Assembly (NCBI GenBank): GCA_030390025.1
Contig: CM059435.1
Span: 98,456,001 to 98,520,000, forward strand
DNA from: Squalus acanthias
Lineage: Eukaryota
Reading direction: 5' to 3'
Length of the DNA: 64,000 bases
The notes under the pieces are model-generated. The model saw only the letters and a program-made list of their open reading frames with translations, was not told where the DNA came from and ran no database searches. The position numbers were made by a program, and so were the translations under genes. Positions 11,795 to 23,449 of this stretch are shown here, in pieces. Position 1 is the first letter of the stretch, and the number at the start of each line of letters is the position of its first letter.

Positions 11795-13145
11795 AGCTTG
11801 TAAATCTTCATTTAGAAAGCCGCAGATTAATCCAGGACAGTCAGCATGGATTTGTTAAGGGAAGGTCGTGTCTGACTAACTTGATTGAATTTTTTGAGGA
11901 GATAACAAGGAGGGTCGATGAGGGTAGTGCGTTTGATGTAGTCTATATGGATTTTAGCAAGGCTTTTGATAAGGTCCCGCATGGCAGACTGGTCACGAAA
12001 GTAAAAGCCCATAGGATCCAAGGCAAAGTGGCAAGTTGGATCCAAAATTGGCTCAGAGACAGGAATCAAAGGGTAATGGTCGAAGGGTGTTTTTGTGACT
12101 GGAAGGCTGTTTCCAGTGGGGTTCCGCAGGGCTCAGTACTGGGTCCTTTGCTTTTTGTGGTATATATCAATGATTTGGACTTGAATGTAAAAGTAAGAAA
12201 GAAAGACTTGCATTTATAGGAAGTATGATTAAGAAGTTTGCAGATGATACAAAAATTGGCCGTGTGGTTGATAATGAAGAAGAAAGCTGCAGAATGCAGG
12301 AAGATATCAATGGACTGGTCAGGTGGGCAGACCAGTGGCAAATGGAATTCAATCTGGAGAAGTGTGAGGTCATGCATTTGGGGAGGGCTAACAAGGAAAG
12401 GGAATACACTATAAATAGTAGGACACAGAAGTGCAGAAGATCAGAGAGATCTTGGAGTGCATGTCCACAGATCCCTGAAGGTAGCAGGACAGGTAGATAA
12501 GGTGGTTAAGAAGGCATATGGGATACTTGCCTTTATTAGCCAAGGCATAGAATATAAGAGCAGGGAGGTTATGCTTGAACTGTATAAAACACTAGTTAGG
12601 CCACAGCTAGAATACTGCGTGCAGTTCTGGTCACCACATTACAGGAAGGATGTGATTGCACTAGAGGGGGTGCAGAGGAGATTTACGAGGATGTTGCCTG
12701 GGCTGGGAAATTCTGGCTGTGAGGAAAGACTGGATAGGCTGGGGTTGTTTTCTTTGGAACAGAGGAGGCAGAGGGGAGACCTAATTGAGGTGTATAAAAT
12801 TACGAGGGGCCTAGATAGAGTGGATAGGAAGAACCTATTTCCCTTAGCAGAAGGGTCAATAATCAGGGGGCATAGATTTAAAGTAATTAGTCAGAAGTTT
12901 AGAGGGGATTTGAGGAGAAATTTTTTCACCCTGAGGGTGGTGGGGGTCTGGAACTCACTGCCTGAAAGGGTGGTAGAGGCAGAAACCCTCATCGAATTTA
13001 AAAAGTACTTGGATATGCACTTGAAGTGCCATAACCTACAAGGCTATGGACCAAGTGCTGGAAAGTGGGATTAGGGTGGATAGCTCTTTGTCGGCCGGCA
13101 CGGACAAGATGGGCCAAATGGCCTCCTTCTGTGCTGTAAATTTTT
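11795..13145 (+). mobile_element. 5'-truncated CR1-clade LINE (RT domain plus 3' UTR)
   Basis: ORF pieces SQHGFVKGRSCLTNLIEFF, DFSKAFDKVPH, GVPQGSVLGPLLF, KFADD, RPQLEYCVQFWSP, GYGPSAGKWD; frameshifted. Confidence 0.95.
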
Positions 13146-13559
13146 ATGATAAGATTTGATTGTATCATATAACATATCAAATACTAACTGCAAACTTTTT
13201 AAAAGACTATATGAAGTATTTGCTAAAAATAGTAAATATCTTGTGGGGGCTGAGGAGGAAAGATCTGTGATTGATCTATAAGCAGATGAATTCCACTGAC
13301 ACTAGTATTATAGAGCAGACAAGCTGCCCCACAACACTCCAGTGTCACTTCCTCTGAAATTCATAAATAATGGGGTTCATGGAGGAGCTTGATAAATAGG
13401 ATTATTTTGTTAAGGCGTGAACTCCAAAATACTAATTGCATGAGAGTTATGTGGAGGCAAGTGCACAGTATTTTTTCTATCCCTATGCTACAGTTACCTT
13501 TCATTATGAATAATAGTCTTTGTAATTTTAAGTTACTGCTTTACTAATTTTTCTAATTG

Positions 13560-13880
13560 TAGTTGCAGTGTTTACATTATGTACTATTGTATCAGTGAAG
13601 TTATTCTTCATCTGTTTTAAGTCTCCATCTGCTTTTCTCCCAAAACAGCACCAACTCTATCAAGTGTCTTGCGCAATATAAGTATTTCTGGTGCAAATTT
13701 GTTTCCTGATGACAATTTGTTTCTAGAGAGTTCAATTTGTAACACAGACGTTACCCAAATAGTAGATATAATAAACCAATATGTTCTTTTTTCAGTAATG
13801 TGTGATATGTCTCTCAACAGAGAATAATTCCATTCTAAAATTAAAGTACCACTAAAACATTTGTATAAAAGCAACCTAAA
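13560..13880 (-). mobile_element. Possible old Tx1/L1-clade LINE C-terminal remnant
   Basis: ORF 13617-13874 (YSLLRDISHITEKRTYWFIIS…ILRKTLDRVGAVLGEKQM) loosely resembles the Tx1-like ORF2 C-terminus as I recall it; not searched. Confidence 0.35.
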
Positions 13881-14639
13881 AATAAAAGAATAAAATTAAA
13901 GCAATTTTGACGTAAAAGTTAACAAAATATAGCAATACTGTTATTATTGCACTGATGGGTTCATTTTTATTTAATTTTTATATCATATAAAATATATACA
14001 CTTTAAGTAGTCCTTAGCTGTACATCTACCTCACTGAGGATTCTAATAGTCCCGTTAAACTGCTAGAAACTGATTAAATTGATGCACACAATTGACAGGT
14101 ATGTTCTGCAGATATTATACAGATCACACAAATAAGTAGACAGTTACCAAATGTACAAGAAATAAGAATCCGCAGTGAAAAATTGCATAACTGCAGAATC
14201 ACAAAAGCTATGATGATCACTCTCAAATTACAAAACTTCAGTTTTGTTTACTGAAAGGATGACTCCATGTAAATCATATTTGCAAATATGATTGGCCACT
14301 TACTATACAGCTTATATTTAACTCTTGCCTTGTGTTGTGGGTTCTGGTATTAAAAGTAAAATATCCTTTATGGAGATAGCTGTTTGCACAGATTGTTTGT
14401 GTTCCAATATGCTGAGCTGCAGAGTAGTTGAATGTGAATTTTTACCTCCCAATTACCCACTTGAGTTCACCATTACAGAGGTGATGAGTAAAGGTAAAGG
14501 TTGGGAGCTTCGTTTAATTCGTATAATTGGAGGGTGACTCACTTTGAGCCACTCTTCTGTACTATCTTGTAGCCAGTTAAAGAACTTCAGAGAGAGGCCA
14601 CTTGCCTGTTCACGCATCCACCAAATCGTGTATAGTACA

Positions 14640-16030
14640 GGAGGATATGATGTGGTATAGCTAAACTTTCAGAAACACTTTAATAAAGTTCTGACAGAAG
14701 GCTGCTACTTAAACTTAAAACAGATAGAATTTTAGCTAAAATCTGGGACTAGGTAGGAAATTGGATAAATGATACAAACCCAACAGGCACTTCTTGGTGA
14801 GAGTGAAGTTGAGGGGGGAGGGAGTACAGAGTGTCCCAGGGATCATTGATTCAAATGCTTTTGTTTCTAATTTACATTAACTACTTGGGCTGATTTTATA
14901 TTGGTGCTTATTTAATTAGGATTCCAAAAGATACATTCTTGATCCAATTCCTTGTGTTTGCATAACTAAATCTTATGTCCTTATTCCAGAGGCAGAACTG
15001 TAGACCCAGATTTTGTGGGTCTGTGATCCTGCAGCCAGAATAATGGACCAGATTTAATAGTGCATATGTAATTTTTTCAGAATCCAAACTAAGTACTACT
15101 GTAAAAGCATGGTTTGATTCAAAAACAGTGCAAATTGGTCAAATCACAGACAATGGCAATTTAGGAAGTGGGGACAATTGAAGCTGAGAAGGCAGCCACG
15201 GATCTACAAAATAAGTCAGACAAAATATGTAAGTGGGTAGTGGCAGATGAATTTAATATGAATACAAGTGTAAAGTATAGGAAGAAAATAATTGGGAAGA
15301 AAAATGGGCAGCATGCATAATAGGAAGATACATTCACATAATGAATGGTAAACAACTAAGGACAAAGGTTGTAGGAGATCTAGGGGTATCATTATGGAAC
15401 AACCATCCACAAAACAAATTGAATACTAAGCTATATAACCAACAGAGTACAAGTTGTTCAAGTTAGACCGCATCTTGTGTACTGTGAAAGTTCTAGCCAC
15501 CAAAACATAAGCGAGACATTGAAGCATTGCTAGTTATGAAGAAAAGAGCCACATAAAGAGTGATCATAAAATGGAACATCTTTCCAGGTAGGATACTGGA
15601 GTTTTTTTTTTAAATTAGGATAGCCACACAAAGAGTGAAGAAGTGACAAAGAATTGCCTACACTGTCCTACCTGGAAATCCATTCCATGTTTTCAAAATG
15701 ATCAGAGTTTTGTTAGAGAGATTAGGATAAGATTTTCCTCTGGTCGGGAGTCAATGATAAAGAATCCTCAAATTAAAATTGTTATGAAGAGAGGAAAGTG
15801 GGTAGGAGAAATTTATTTGCGCAGAGGGTTGTTGGAGCATGGGATGCTTTACCACAGTGGTTCGGGCAGAGTTTATTTTAAGGTAAACATGGTTTAAGAT
15901 TTGAAGCAGAAGATGTTACAGGGCTATGGAGAGAGAAAGGGACAATGGGATTAATTTTGGATTGCTCTAACAAGGAGCCTGCACAAACATGATGGGAATA
16001 AAAAAAAAATTCCCCCTGTTCTGTAAACAT
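14640..16030 (+). mobile_element. Heavily decayed CR1 LINE fragments
   Basis: Scattered CR1-like words (GTGTCCCAGGGATCA, AGTGGCAGATGAATTTAAT, CAGGGCTATGGAGAGAGAAAGGGACAATGGGATTA). Confidence 0.6.
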
Positions 16031-16149
16031 CTACTTTCTAAAACATGGAATGGATTTCCAGGTAGGATTATGTAGGCAACCTTTATGTGCAGAAATACAT
16101 TAGCATGTTTAAGAGTCTCTAAACCAAGCTACTGATAAATCCACACAGA

Positions 16150-17870
16150 CAGAGTTTCAGTTTGCTATGATCAGATCAGAGTGCACACTGTACAGACCTA
16201 AGTTCAGAAAGCTAAGGTGCAGGTTGGCAGTCAAGGCTTAGGAAAGCCCTAATGCACGGATACTGCTGCAGTTTAATCTGATAAAACCGTACAGCCTAGC
16301 AGCACAGAGCACTGGTAAGCTACCCAGCCAGAATGGCTCTACGTGTTGGTGCATTGGCATGCAGGGTTATCTAGAGATAAATGGGAAGAATTCCAAATCC
16401 CAGTGATGGGTCTATCTATCCAGGTTCCATTAATGAACTAGGCTGGATGGTTAATCGTCAACAGTGCCTTCGAGTTCTACAAAGCTGTTTGGTTCAGGTA
16501 TTAGGTTACCAGGTCTGCCTTGGAGGTTTGACCTAGTTCTGAATTTCCATTGCCAGGTCTGTAATTTAGAAGTCATCTTAACCCCAGAGAGACCCAATTT
16601 ACCTTCCCTCCAAAAAGGATTGTCATTAGTTGATTATTAGACAACTCAAGCATAGACAACAGGTACTAGGAGCTCCTCACAAGTGGCATGGTCAACAGTT
16701 CAACTTACCATAAAATGTGACTGCATTGCCACCATTCTCCTGATCACACTATTAACATACCCTATCAAACAATGATTCCAATAGTTGGAGGTGCAGAGCA
16801 TCAGCAGTATCTGTTTGTCTCTCTGCAACAAAATCATGGTAGACACCAAACCCTGGAGGTATGAGTGCATGTTCTTATATCCTGCCTCCAAATAACATCT
16901 TCCAACAGCTTTTATTGCAAGCCTCAGTTTTTCATCAACTATATAATGGGCAACTGCCTTAAGCATGGTGGAAGAACCAATGCAGGACAGCTTGCAACGT
17001 GTCATCCACTTTGATGCTCTTGATGTCCACATCCATTATCAAGTAGCAACCATACTCATCACAATCTACTTAATCTAGATCCTGATGTGAGAGGCTTTGG
17101 CAAGAAATGTGAATGCTGACTCCCTTACAGGGTGGTCAGAGTCAGCTGGTGTATATCAGAGTGCTCCATTACCCTTCAAATCCATCTCCCAGTTTGGTCT
17201 GGGATATTGCACCTATGCCAGAAGAAGCCCTTCCATTGCATGCCAAAATGTTTTGAACCATTAAGGAGAAATTTTATGGACACATGCTTTGGGTAGCACA
17301 AGCTTAACCTACGTTAAGACTGTCACTGAAGAACGAAAAAACAAAATGGCATTCACTAGTTCTCAGCATGTTTCCAAACAACTGCAACCAGGCGGAAGTT
17401 AGAATCCACAAGGATCCCCAGGTAACAGTATGAATGAACAATTAGGGCAGATGTTCTTTGTATCCTCCAGTAAAAACCTTTGAGATTCCCAATTAAACCA
17501 TGCAAAGCCATAATACCTCACTTGGGGGCGCCCATCACCTTATTCCATTGACGAAAGGTCATTGATCTGAAACGTTAACTCTGTTTCTCTCTCCACAGAT
17601 GCTGCCGGACCTGCTGAGTATTTCCAGCATTTTCTGTTTTTATTTCAGATTTCCAGCATCTGCAGTATTTTGCTTTTGTACCTTATTCCACTGGTTAGCC
17701 ATTGGTTCAAGATGGTGAATAGAGCACAACGGAGTCTTCCAACGACATAGTATCATCTGCGAAAGGAGTGCTGCAATTTTTTCAGAAATGTGTGGATCCA
17801 GCTGAACTTTATTTTACCATTTAATACATCATTGACGAAGACAGTGGACAGCTTTGCCTCACTTCTCTTT
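16150..17870 (-). mobile_element. Possible decayed DIRS/Ngaro-type (tyrosine recombinase) retrotransposon
   Basis: Minus-strand frames give, in order, an RT-like FVNDVL, an RNase H-like (R)ELV…SLNV…PKHVS, then SAFTFLAKA, TRSNLQGR and TAA…ALGLS, reminiscent of YR motifs; many stops. Confidence 0.4.
17548..17679 (+). mobile_element. Short Penelope-like repeat with hammerhead-like 5' end and 11-bp TSD
   Basis: Flanked by ACCTTATTCCA (17537-17547 and 17680-17690); begins TTGACGA-A-AGGTC-ATT-GATCT-GAA-ACGT-T. Confidence 0.75.
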
Positions 17871-18329
17871 CAAGAGATATAGGCTTTGTGAATGTCACCT
17901 GGTCTTACATGATTCTGAGTTGAAGTATAATGCAAGATTTGGCCATGTATTCCCATAACATCCAGCCTCTCCATGAGGACTGCAGGAGACACTAGGTCAA
18001 AAACATTACAAAAATCAATGTTGGGGAGGGGGAGGGGGGGGGGGGGGGGCAATTCTTAAGACAATGATATCACAAGATACCTCTGCAGTTGTTGGGCTCA
18101 CTGGAATCTTCCAAGGGTATGCATGCCTCAAATAGAATCCTAGTCCAGCCACAGGTCAGGTCCAAAGACAGTTGATGGTTTCTGACATTGTTCTCCTGCC
18201 TCCTGACTTACCATAGAATGTCCATGAATGCTGTCCTACTATTAACTAGGTGACACAGTGTGAAGTCCACTTTCTTCCATTGAACAGATTCACAATAGGA
18301 GATTAAAATGTCTTGTTAAACAATATATG

Positions 18330-18540
18330 TTGGCCAGGACACTAGGAGAAAGCCCTTACTCTTCAAATAGCACGATGGGATCTTTTACATACACCTGAGC
18401 AGGCAGAAGGAGCCTCGGTTTAAAGTCTCATTCAAAAAATGGCTCCTTCAACAAGGCAGCACTCTCTCAGTACATGCTCAAGCCCTGGAGTGGGTCTTGA
18501 ACCCATGACCTGCTGACTCAGAGGTGAGAGTGCTAGCAGA
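18330..18540 (-). mobile_element. Deu-domain (SacSINE1-like) tRNA-derived SINE, partial
   Basis: Reverse complement matches the SINE at 44212 (TAAAAGATCCCAT core, TTCAAG B-box region). Confidence 0.8.
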
Positions 18541-20444
18541 CACTACAAATTAGAGTACAGACACTCGAAATGCTAGCATCTTTTACATTGGTTAGCAACA
18601 AGTAAAATAATTAAAATAAAATGGGAAAGAGAGAATGTAAAAAAATATATATTTAAAATTGCTTTTAACTTTAGTTTAGTGGCAAGACGTTAACATGCTA
18701 CTTCTGACTTCTAAGTAGTTTTTTTCTGTAATCTTAAGATTTATTTCTGCATCACAGTGCATAAGCTGAAAACTTTTATAAAACTTACCAGCCAGGCAGC
18801 CTGAACTTTCTAGCACATTGAGGGCTAACACTGTGATCTGAGAAAAGGTCTGGTGCCATTTAGGTAATATAGCTCTGTTGTTTCTGTCAATAAAACAATC
18901 TAGTACTATGCACTAACACTTCAGGTGTAAGTTATGTTTGCTGACTCATACTGTCTTCCACAAGCTCATCTTTGAACATTCATGCAAGAATATTTCTTGA
19001 AGTAATTGCTATTTTCAAAACACAGAATTGATATAATAGGGTGACAAATTAAATAATATTTTCAGAATAATTTGCAACATTTCAATTGACAATTGCTTGA
19101 AAATGTCATTTTAATATATCATGGTATCAGTAAATATTTCATGTATGATTGAATAAGTGCATGACTGAATAAAGTGAATTTTTAATAAATTGTTGCAACA
19201 TTACATTATTTTTACCATAGGAAATTGTTATTCATACCCTTTGAAAATACAGTTCTGATGAAGATGAAAGGAGAAATCATCCTAATTTACAGAAACCTAA
19301 AAAGACATAAAATTTGGGCATTACAAGACCTAATAAATTATTTTATCAGTATACCAATATAAATTATAAAATGCTGGCATGATGCAAATATAAATTATGT
19401 CTCTATCCAAGGATTTACTTTAGAATGGTCGAAATTCAAGTTTTTCATTTGGACCCAAACAAAAATAAATTACATGTGTGTGACTTTTCAGTTATCATCT
19501 GCGGAATGCAACTGTCCTTTTATTCTTTTCACAAGATGTTAAAAAAATCCTTTTGCAATATAGTAAAATCCACTAACATAAATACGAAACATGCAAAATC
19601 CATATTTGTGCACATTTTAAAGCTCCCAAGTTCCTGTCTCACTGAGCCGAGACTGAAACAATGCAACACAATTGATGAGCTGATGCCCTCTAGTGATAAA
19701 TGAGCAGTTACATTCACATGGTTGCAGTGTAGGTCCCGGTTACTTTCTGCAATCTGTCAGAATTACAGACAGATGACAGAAATTCAGATTTCATTTATGA
19801 CTTTGTAGATCTCAGTTTGAAGACCACTGACATACATCTCTTAAATTCCTAGATGACTAACTAAGACGAGGGTGTCAACTTCTGGTTCCTGCTAAAGGTG
19901 CCCCAGACTCAGGATAAGAATTAACAATTTACTAGCTAAGTAATCTTGGGCAACTCCAAAGGTGGGACTAAGTAAAATAAAATGAAAACGTCAGCACTGT
20001 TAGTAATTCATCTAAATTGCCTACATATAGATAGGATCATTATTATAGTTCTCATTAACTATTGTGATATTCCCTGCAAAGTCTGTAAGTCATTATAAAT
20101 TCTGAATGTAGTTGAAAATTACAAAAAAATTATCTTTTTAAAGAAAGACATGGAATCCTTTTTAAAACTGAATTTCAGTAATCAATCATAATATGGTCAT
20201 TGCTTGTCTTTACTTATCAAAGCTGGTTAAGCACTGATATAAGGTCAAAATGTACACACATACTATCATACACTGCCCCCTAAAGGTTAAATATGGGAAA
20301 TATCCTCAATACATATACGTCACAGATTTAAATTTAACATTAATTTAACATTATTTTGAAATCTGCAAAAGTTCAAAAATCTTAAAAAGTAAACAATTAA
20401 TACTTAACATGTGTAAATACAAATGAACAAATATACTATAGTAA

Positions 20445-20785
20445 AGGGGAACTGATAGGGTAGATAGAAAGTATTTCTGCTCGTTGGGGAATCTAGGACT
20501 AGGGAACATAGCTTAAAAATTAGAGCCAGGCCTTTCAGGAGTGAAGTTAAGAAACACTTCTACATGCAAAGGGTAGAAACTTGGAACTCTCTTCCGCAAA
20601 CAGCAGTTGATGCTGGGTCAATTGTTAATTTTAAATCTGAGATGGATAGATTTCTGTTAACCAAAGGTATTAAGGGATATGGGGTAAAGGCGGCTTTATG
20701 GAGTTAGGGCACAGATCAGCCATGATCTCATTGAATGGCGGAACAGGCTTGAGGAGCTAAATGGCCTACTCCTGTTCCTATGTAA
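20445..20785 (+). mobile_element. CR1 LINE 3' end
   Basis: Same family as 29210-29600 (TTAGAGCCAGGCCTTTCAGGAGTGAA…AATGGCCTACTCCTGTTCCTATG tail). Confidence 0.9.
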
Positions 20786-21384
20786 CTCCAGCCTACCTAT
20801 GATTAATTGAATAAGCTAGTCCAGTGGGAAACAAGTGCTCACAAAGGGCCCTGTGCTGAAAAAAGTCAGGTTACAAGCCACAGGAGGACAACCAATATAA
20901 CAGATCTCCTGTAGAATTGCTAATAGTAATCTGGGATTATAAAGGTTTCTTTTCTAAGCACTTTCCTAGTGACAGTGTTAAACTCATGATCCCTCAGAGT
21001 GTACATCTGCAAATTTCAATGTTTATTAGCACTTGGCATCTTCTACCATTAACAGACTGCTATTTATGCTTCTCCACATATAGGGTTGCCAACTCTGGAT
21101 GGACATATTCAAGGTTTCATTACATGCCCTCCCACCTGCAACTGCCCTGCTCCCACATACCCGCCATTGGTCACCCACGCACAAGCATTATAGGATAATG
21201 AAATCTGACAGCACATGAAGATGCCAAATATTCTTCAAATATAGTTAAAGGATTAACTTTTCATGCGTATGCATACCTATATAATAAAATGCAAGTTCTT
21301 TCTTTCATATTTCAAATAAATGTAAAACATCCATACATACTCTGCTGCCTGTATCCTAACTTGCACAGTTTTGTTCACCCATCA

Positions 21385-21805
21385 ACCCTGTGTTCGCTGA
21401 CCTACATTGATTCCCAGTCCATCAACGTCTCGTTTTTAAAATTCTCATCCTCGTATTCAAATCTCTCCATGGCCTCTGCCCTCCTTATCTCTGTAAACTC
21501 CTCCAGCCATACAACCCTCCAAGAACTCTGTGTTCCTCCAGCCCTGGCCTCTTGTGCATCCCACGCTTCCTGTGCCCCACCATTGGCAGCCATGCCTTTG
21601 GCGACTAGGTACTAAGCTCTGGATTTCCTTCCTTAAACTCCTCCACCTCTCTCTCCTCCTTTAAGGCACTCGTTAAAACCTACCTCTTTGACTTATCTTT
21701 TAGTCACGTGTCCCAATATCTCCTTCTTCGGCTCAGTGTCAATTTTAGTCTGATTCAACTCTTGGGACATTTTACTACATTAAAGGTGCTACATAAATTC
21801 AAGCT
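21385..21805 (+). mobile_element. L2 LINE 3' fragment
   Basis: Matches the reverse complement of 44666-45110 (GCTGACCTACATTG…AAAACCTACCTCTTTGAC…TAAAGGTGCTA). Confidence 0.85.
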
Positions 21806-22169
21806 GTATATATATTAAGGTATGTCATTGGTGTGAAATGCATAGGGTTGAGAACTCTTCAGGATTATCCTTGAGTCTGCAGATTAATTTCCTGGACAGT
21901 AATACGAGCAACCCGGGAGAAAAATCATAGGGACATAGGGAAGATTGGGGGGGGGGGGGGGAAGGCAGTTTGACTGACAGTCAAGAATGATCTAATCAGG
22001 TAATGAACAGTCTGTTGGCTTTCCATTTGGCATTCGATGGCAGTATTCCGGCTGTTCTGAATTTTTAAAAAAATGCAGCATTTTTGGAAAAATCAATTAA
22101 TAGCTTTAAAAAAAACACACACACACACACCAGAGAGAAACTTGCATTAAACAGAAATACAGCATCCTG

Positions 22170-22510
22170 CCTGGGAGGGAGGGGAGGGGAAGGGAGAAGC
22201 ACAACGGAAATGAAAGGGGTGCGGTGAGCGGAAGTGACGCAGAGTGAATGGCCATTGGCCTGAGTGGGAATCGGGGAGCGAGCGGGTGAGTGACAGGCGC
22301 GGGGTTACCATGGTAACCGGCTGCGGCGGTGGTGGAGGTGGTGAGGACCGACCGGCCCGATCCGTGTTCAGGGCTGTCGGGCCTGTCTGAAGTCGGGCTG
22401 TGGTGTTGTCGTCAATTCCCCGCAATGATGGCTGCTCGCTTGGCCTGCGCTGGTGTTAATTGACCACAATAACAGCGCCGCCCCAGGTCTCCCCCTAAAA
22501 GAGGAAGTAA
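22170..22510 (+). promoter_or_regulatory. IRAK4: CpG-island promoter, most likely of IRAK4
   Basis: Local GC/CpG-rich island in non-repeat sequence; GGAAATGAAA (22206), CGGAAGTGACG (22229), GGTTACCATGGTAACC (22303), AAAGAGGAAGT (22498); donor-like CGG|GTGAGT at 22285/22286. Confidence 0.75.
22240..22285 (+). other. IRAK4: Probable non-coding first exon of IRAK4 (start approximate)
   Basis: Strong donor GTGAGT at 22286 just downstream of promoter motifs; human IRAK4 also has a non-coding first exon. Confidence 0.5.
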
Positions 22511-22711
22511 CCGAGGATCTTAAACATTGGGCAAACAATGATCAAAAAGAGTGATGCAGATCAAACTCATTTAAACAGGTGGTTGTTCTTCAGCACAGGC
22601 GACATGCAGGAGCAATTTTAATCTCAGGACGTGGTACAGATTGTACTCTTAAAAGTACTTCAGAGGCTTACATTATTTTGCAATCTTATGTAAAACTAGC
22701 TGGTCTGCAGT

Positions 22712-22842
22712 GCCAACAAAAGATGTAAAATACTGCAGATGCGGGAAATGTGGCACAAAAATAGAAAATGCTGGAAACATCTGTCAGCATCTGTGGAAAG
22801 AACAGATATCTTAACGTTTTGGGTCATTATTCTTGAACTGAA
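22712..22842 (-). mobile_element. Decayed copy of the Penelope-like repeat seen at 17548
   Basis: AAAATACTGCAGATGC…AGAAAATGCTGGAAA…CAGCATCTGTGGA…TTAACGTTT is the reverse complement of 17570-17679; the hammerhead core is eroded. Confidence 0.65.
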
Positions 22843-23449
22843 ATATAGAAGCAGACAAACCCAGAGAGGAATCGTGTACAATGATGATTATGTATCATCT
22901 CAGTCACGTAATTAACAGAAGCATTAAGACATCAAAAGAAACCAAGGGCGTGTGTAAATAGTTAATGAAGTGGGAGGCCTGTGGAAATGAAAGAAAATAA
23001 GAGAGACAGAAAACCTGGGGTCAGATATGAAATTAAAATAGGTCAGGAAATGAGGATATAGCTTACAATCTCTAGTGATGGGCACCATTTTTGTGCCTCT
23101 ATAGACAGAGAACACCTGCCCAAAATATTAAAATATCCTGGTTCCTTAGATTTAGGATGGGGTTAATGACCTGAAGAATCAGTGGGTGTAATTCTTGCCC
23201 CACTGCAGTGCTGGAAGCAGAATGGGAATCTGCCATTTTTGTGGCCGTGATTTATGAGGTAAGGGTTTAGATTTTTGGGACATTGGGTTGAGTTCTGGTA
23301 CAGGCAGAGGCTCTACAAACCGGACGGCATTTATCTGAACTGTACTATCAACAATATACAGTCAGAGAGGGAAAATAGAACAGTGGGGTGGATTTAAACT
23401 AGTGTGGCACGGGCAAAGACTTAAAAAAAAATCAGGAAGCAGACAGTAT

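Noticed and set aside
13617-13876. ORF behind a strong minus-strand acceptor, considered as a PUS7L/FAM3C exon or a COX1 NUMT (HIGLLYLLFG in another frame)
   Set aside because: No extended match to any of these; better explained as a Tx1/L1-like remnant.
19419-19750. Possible minus-strand exon downstream of the IRAK4 promoter
   Set aside because: Stops in the frames examined and no recognisable homology; cannot be supported without RNA data.
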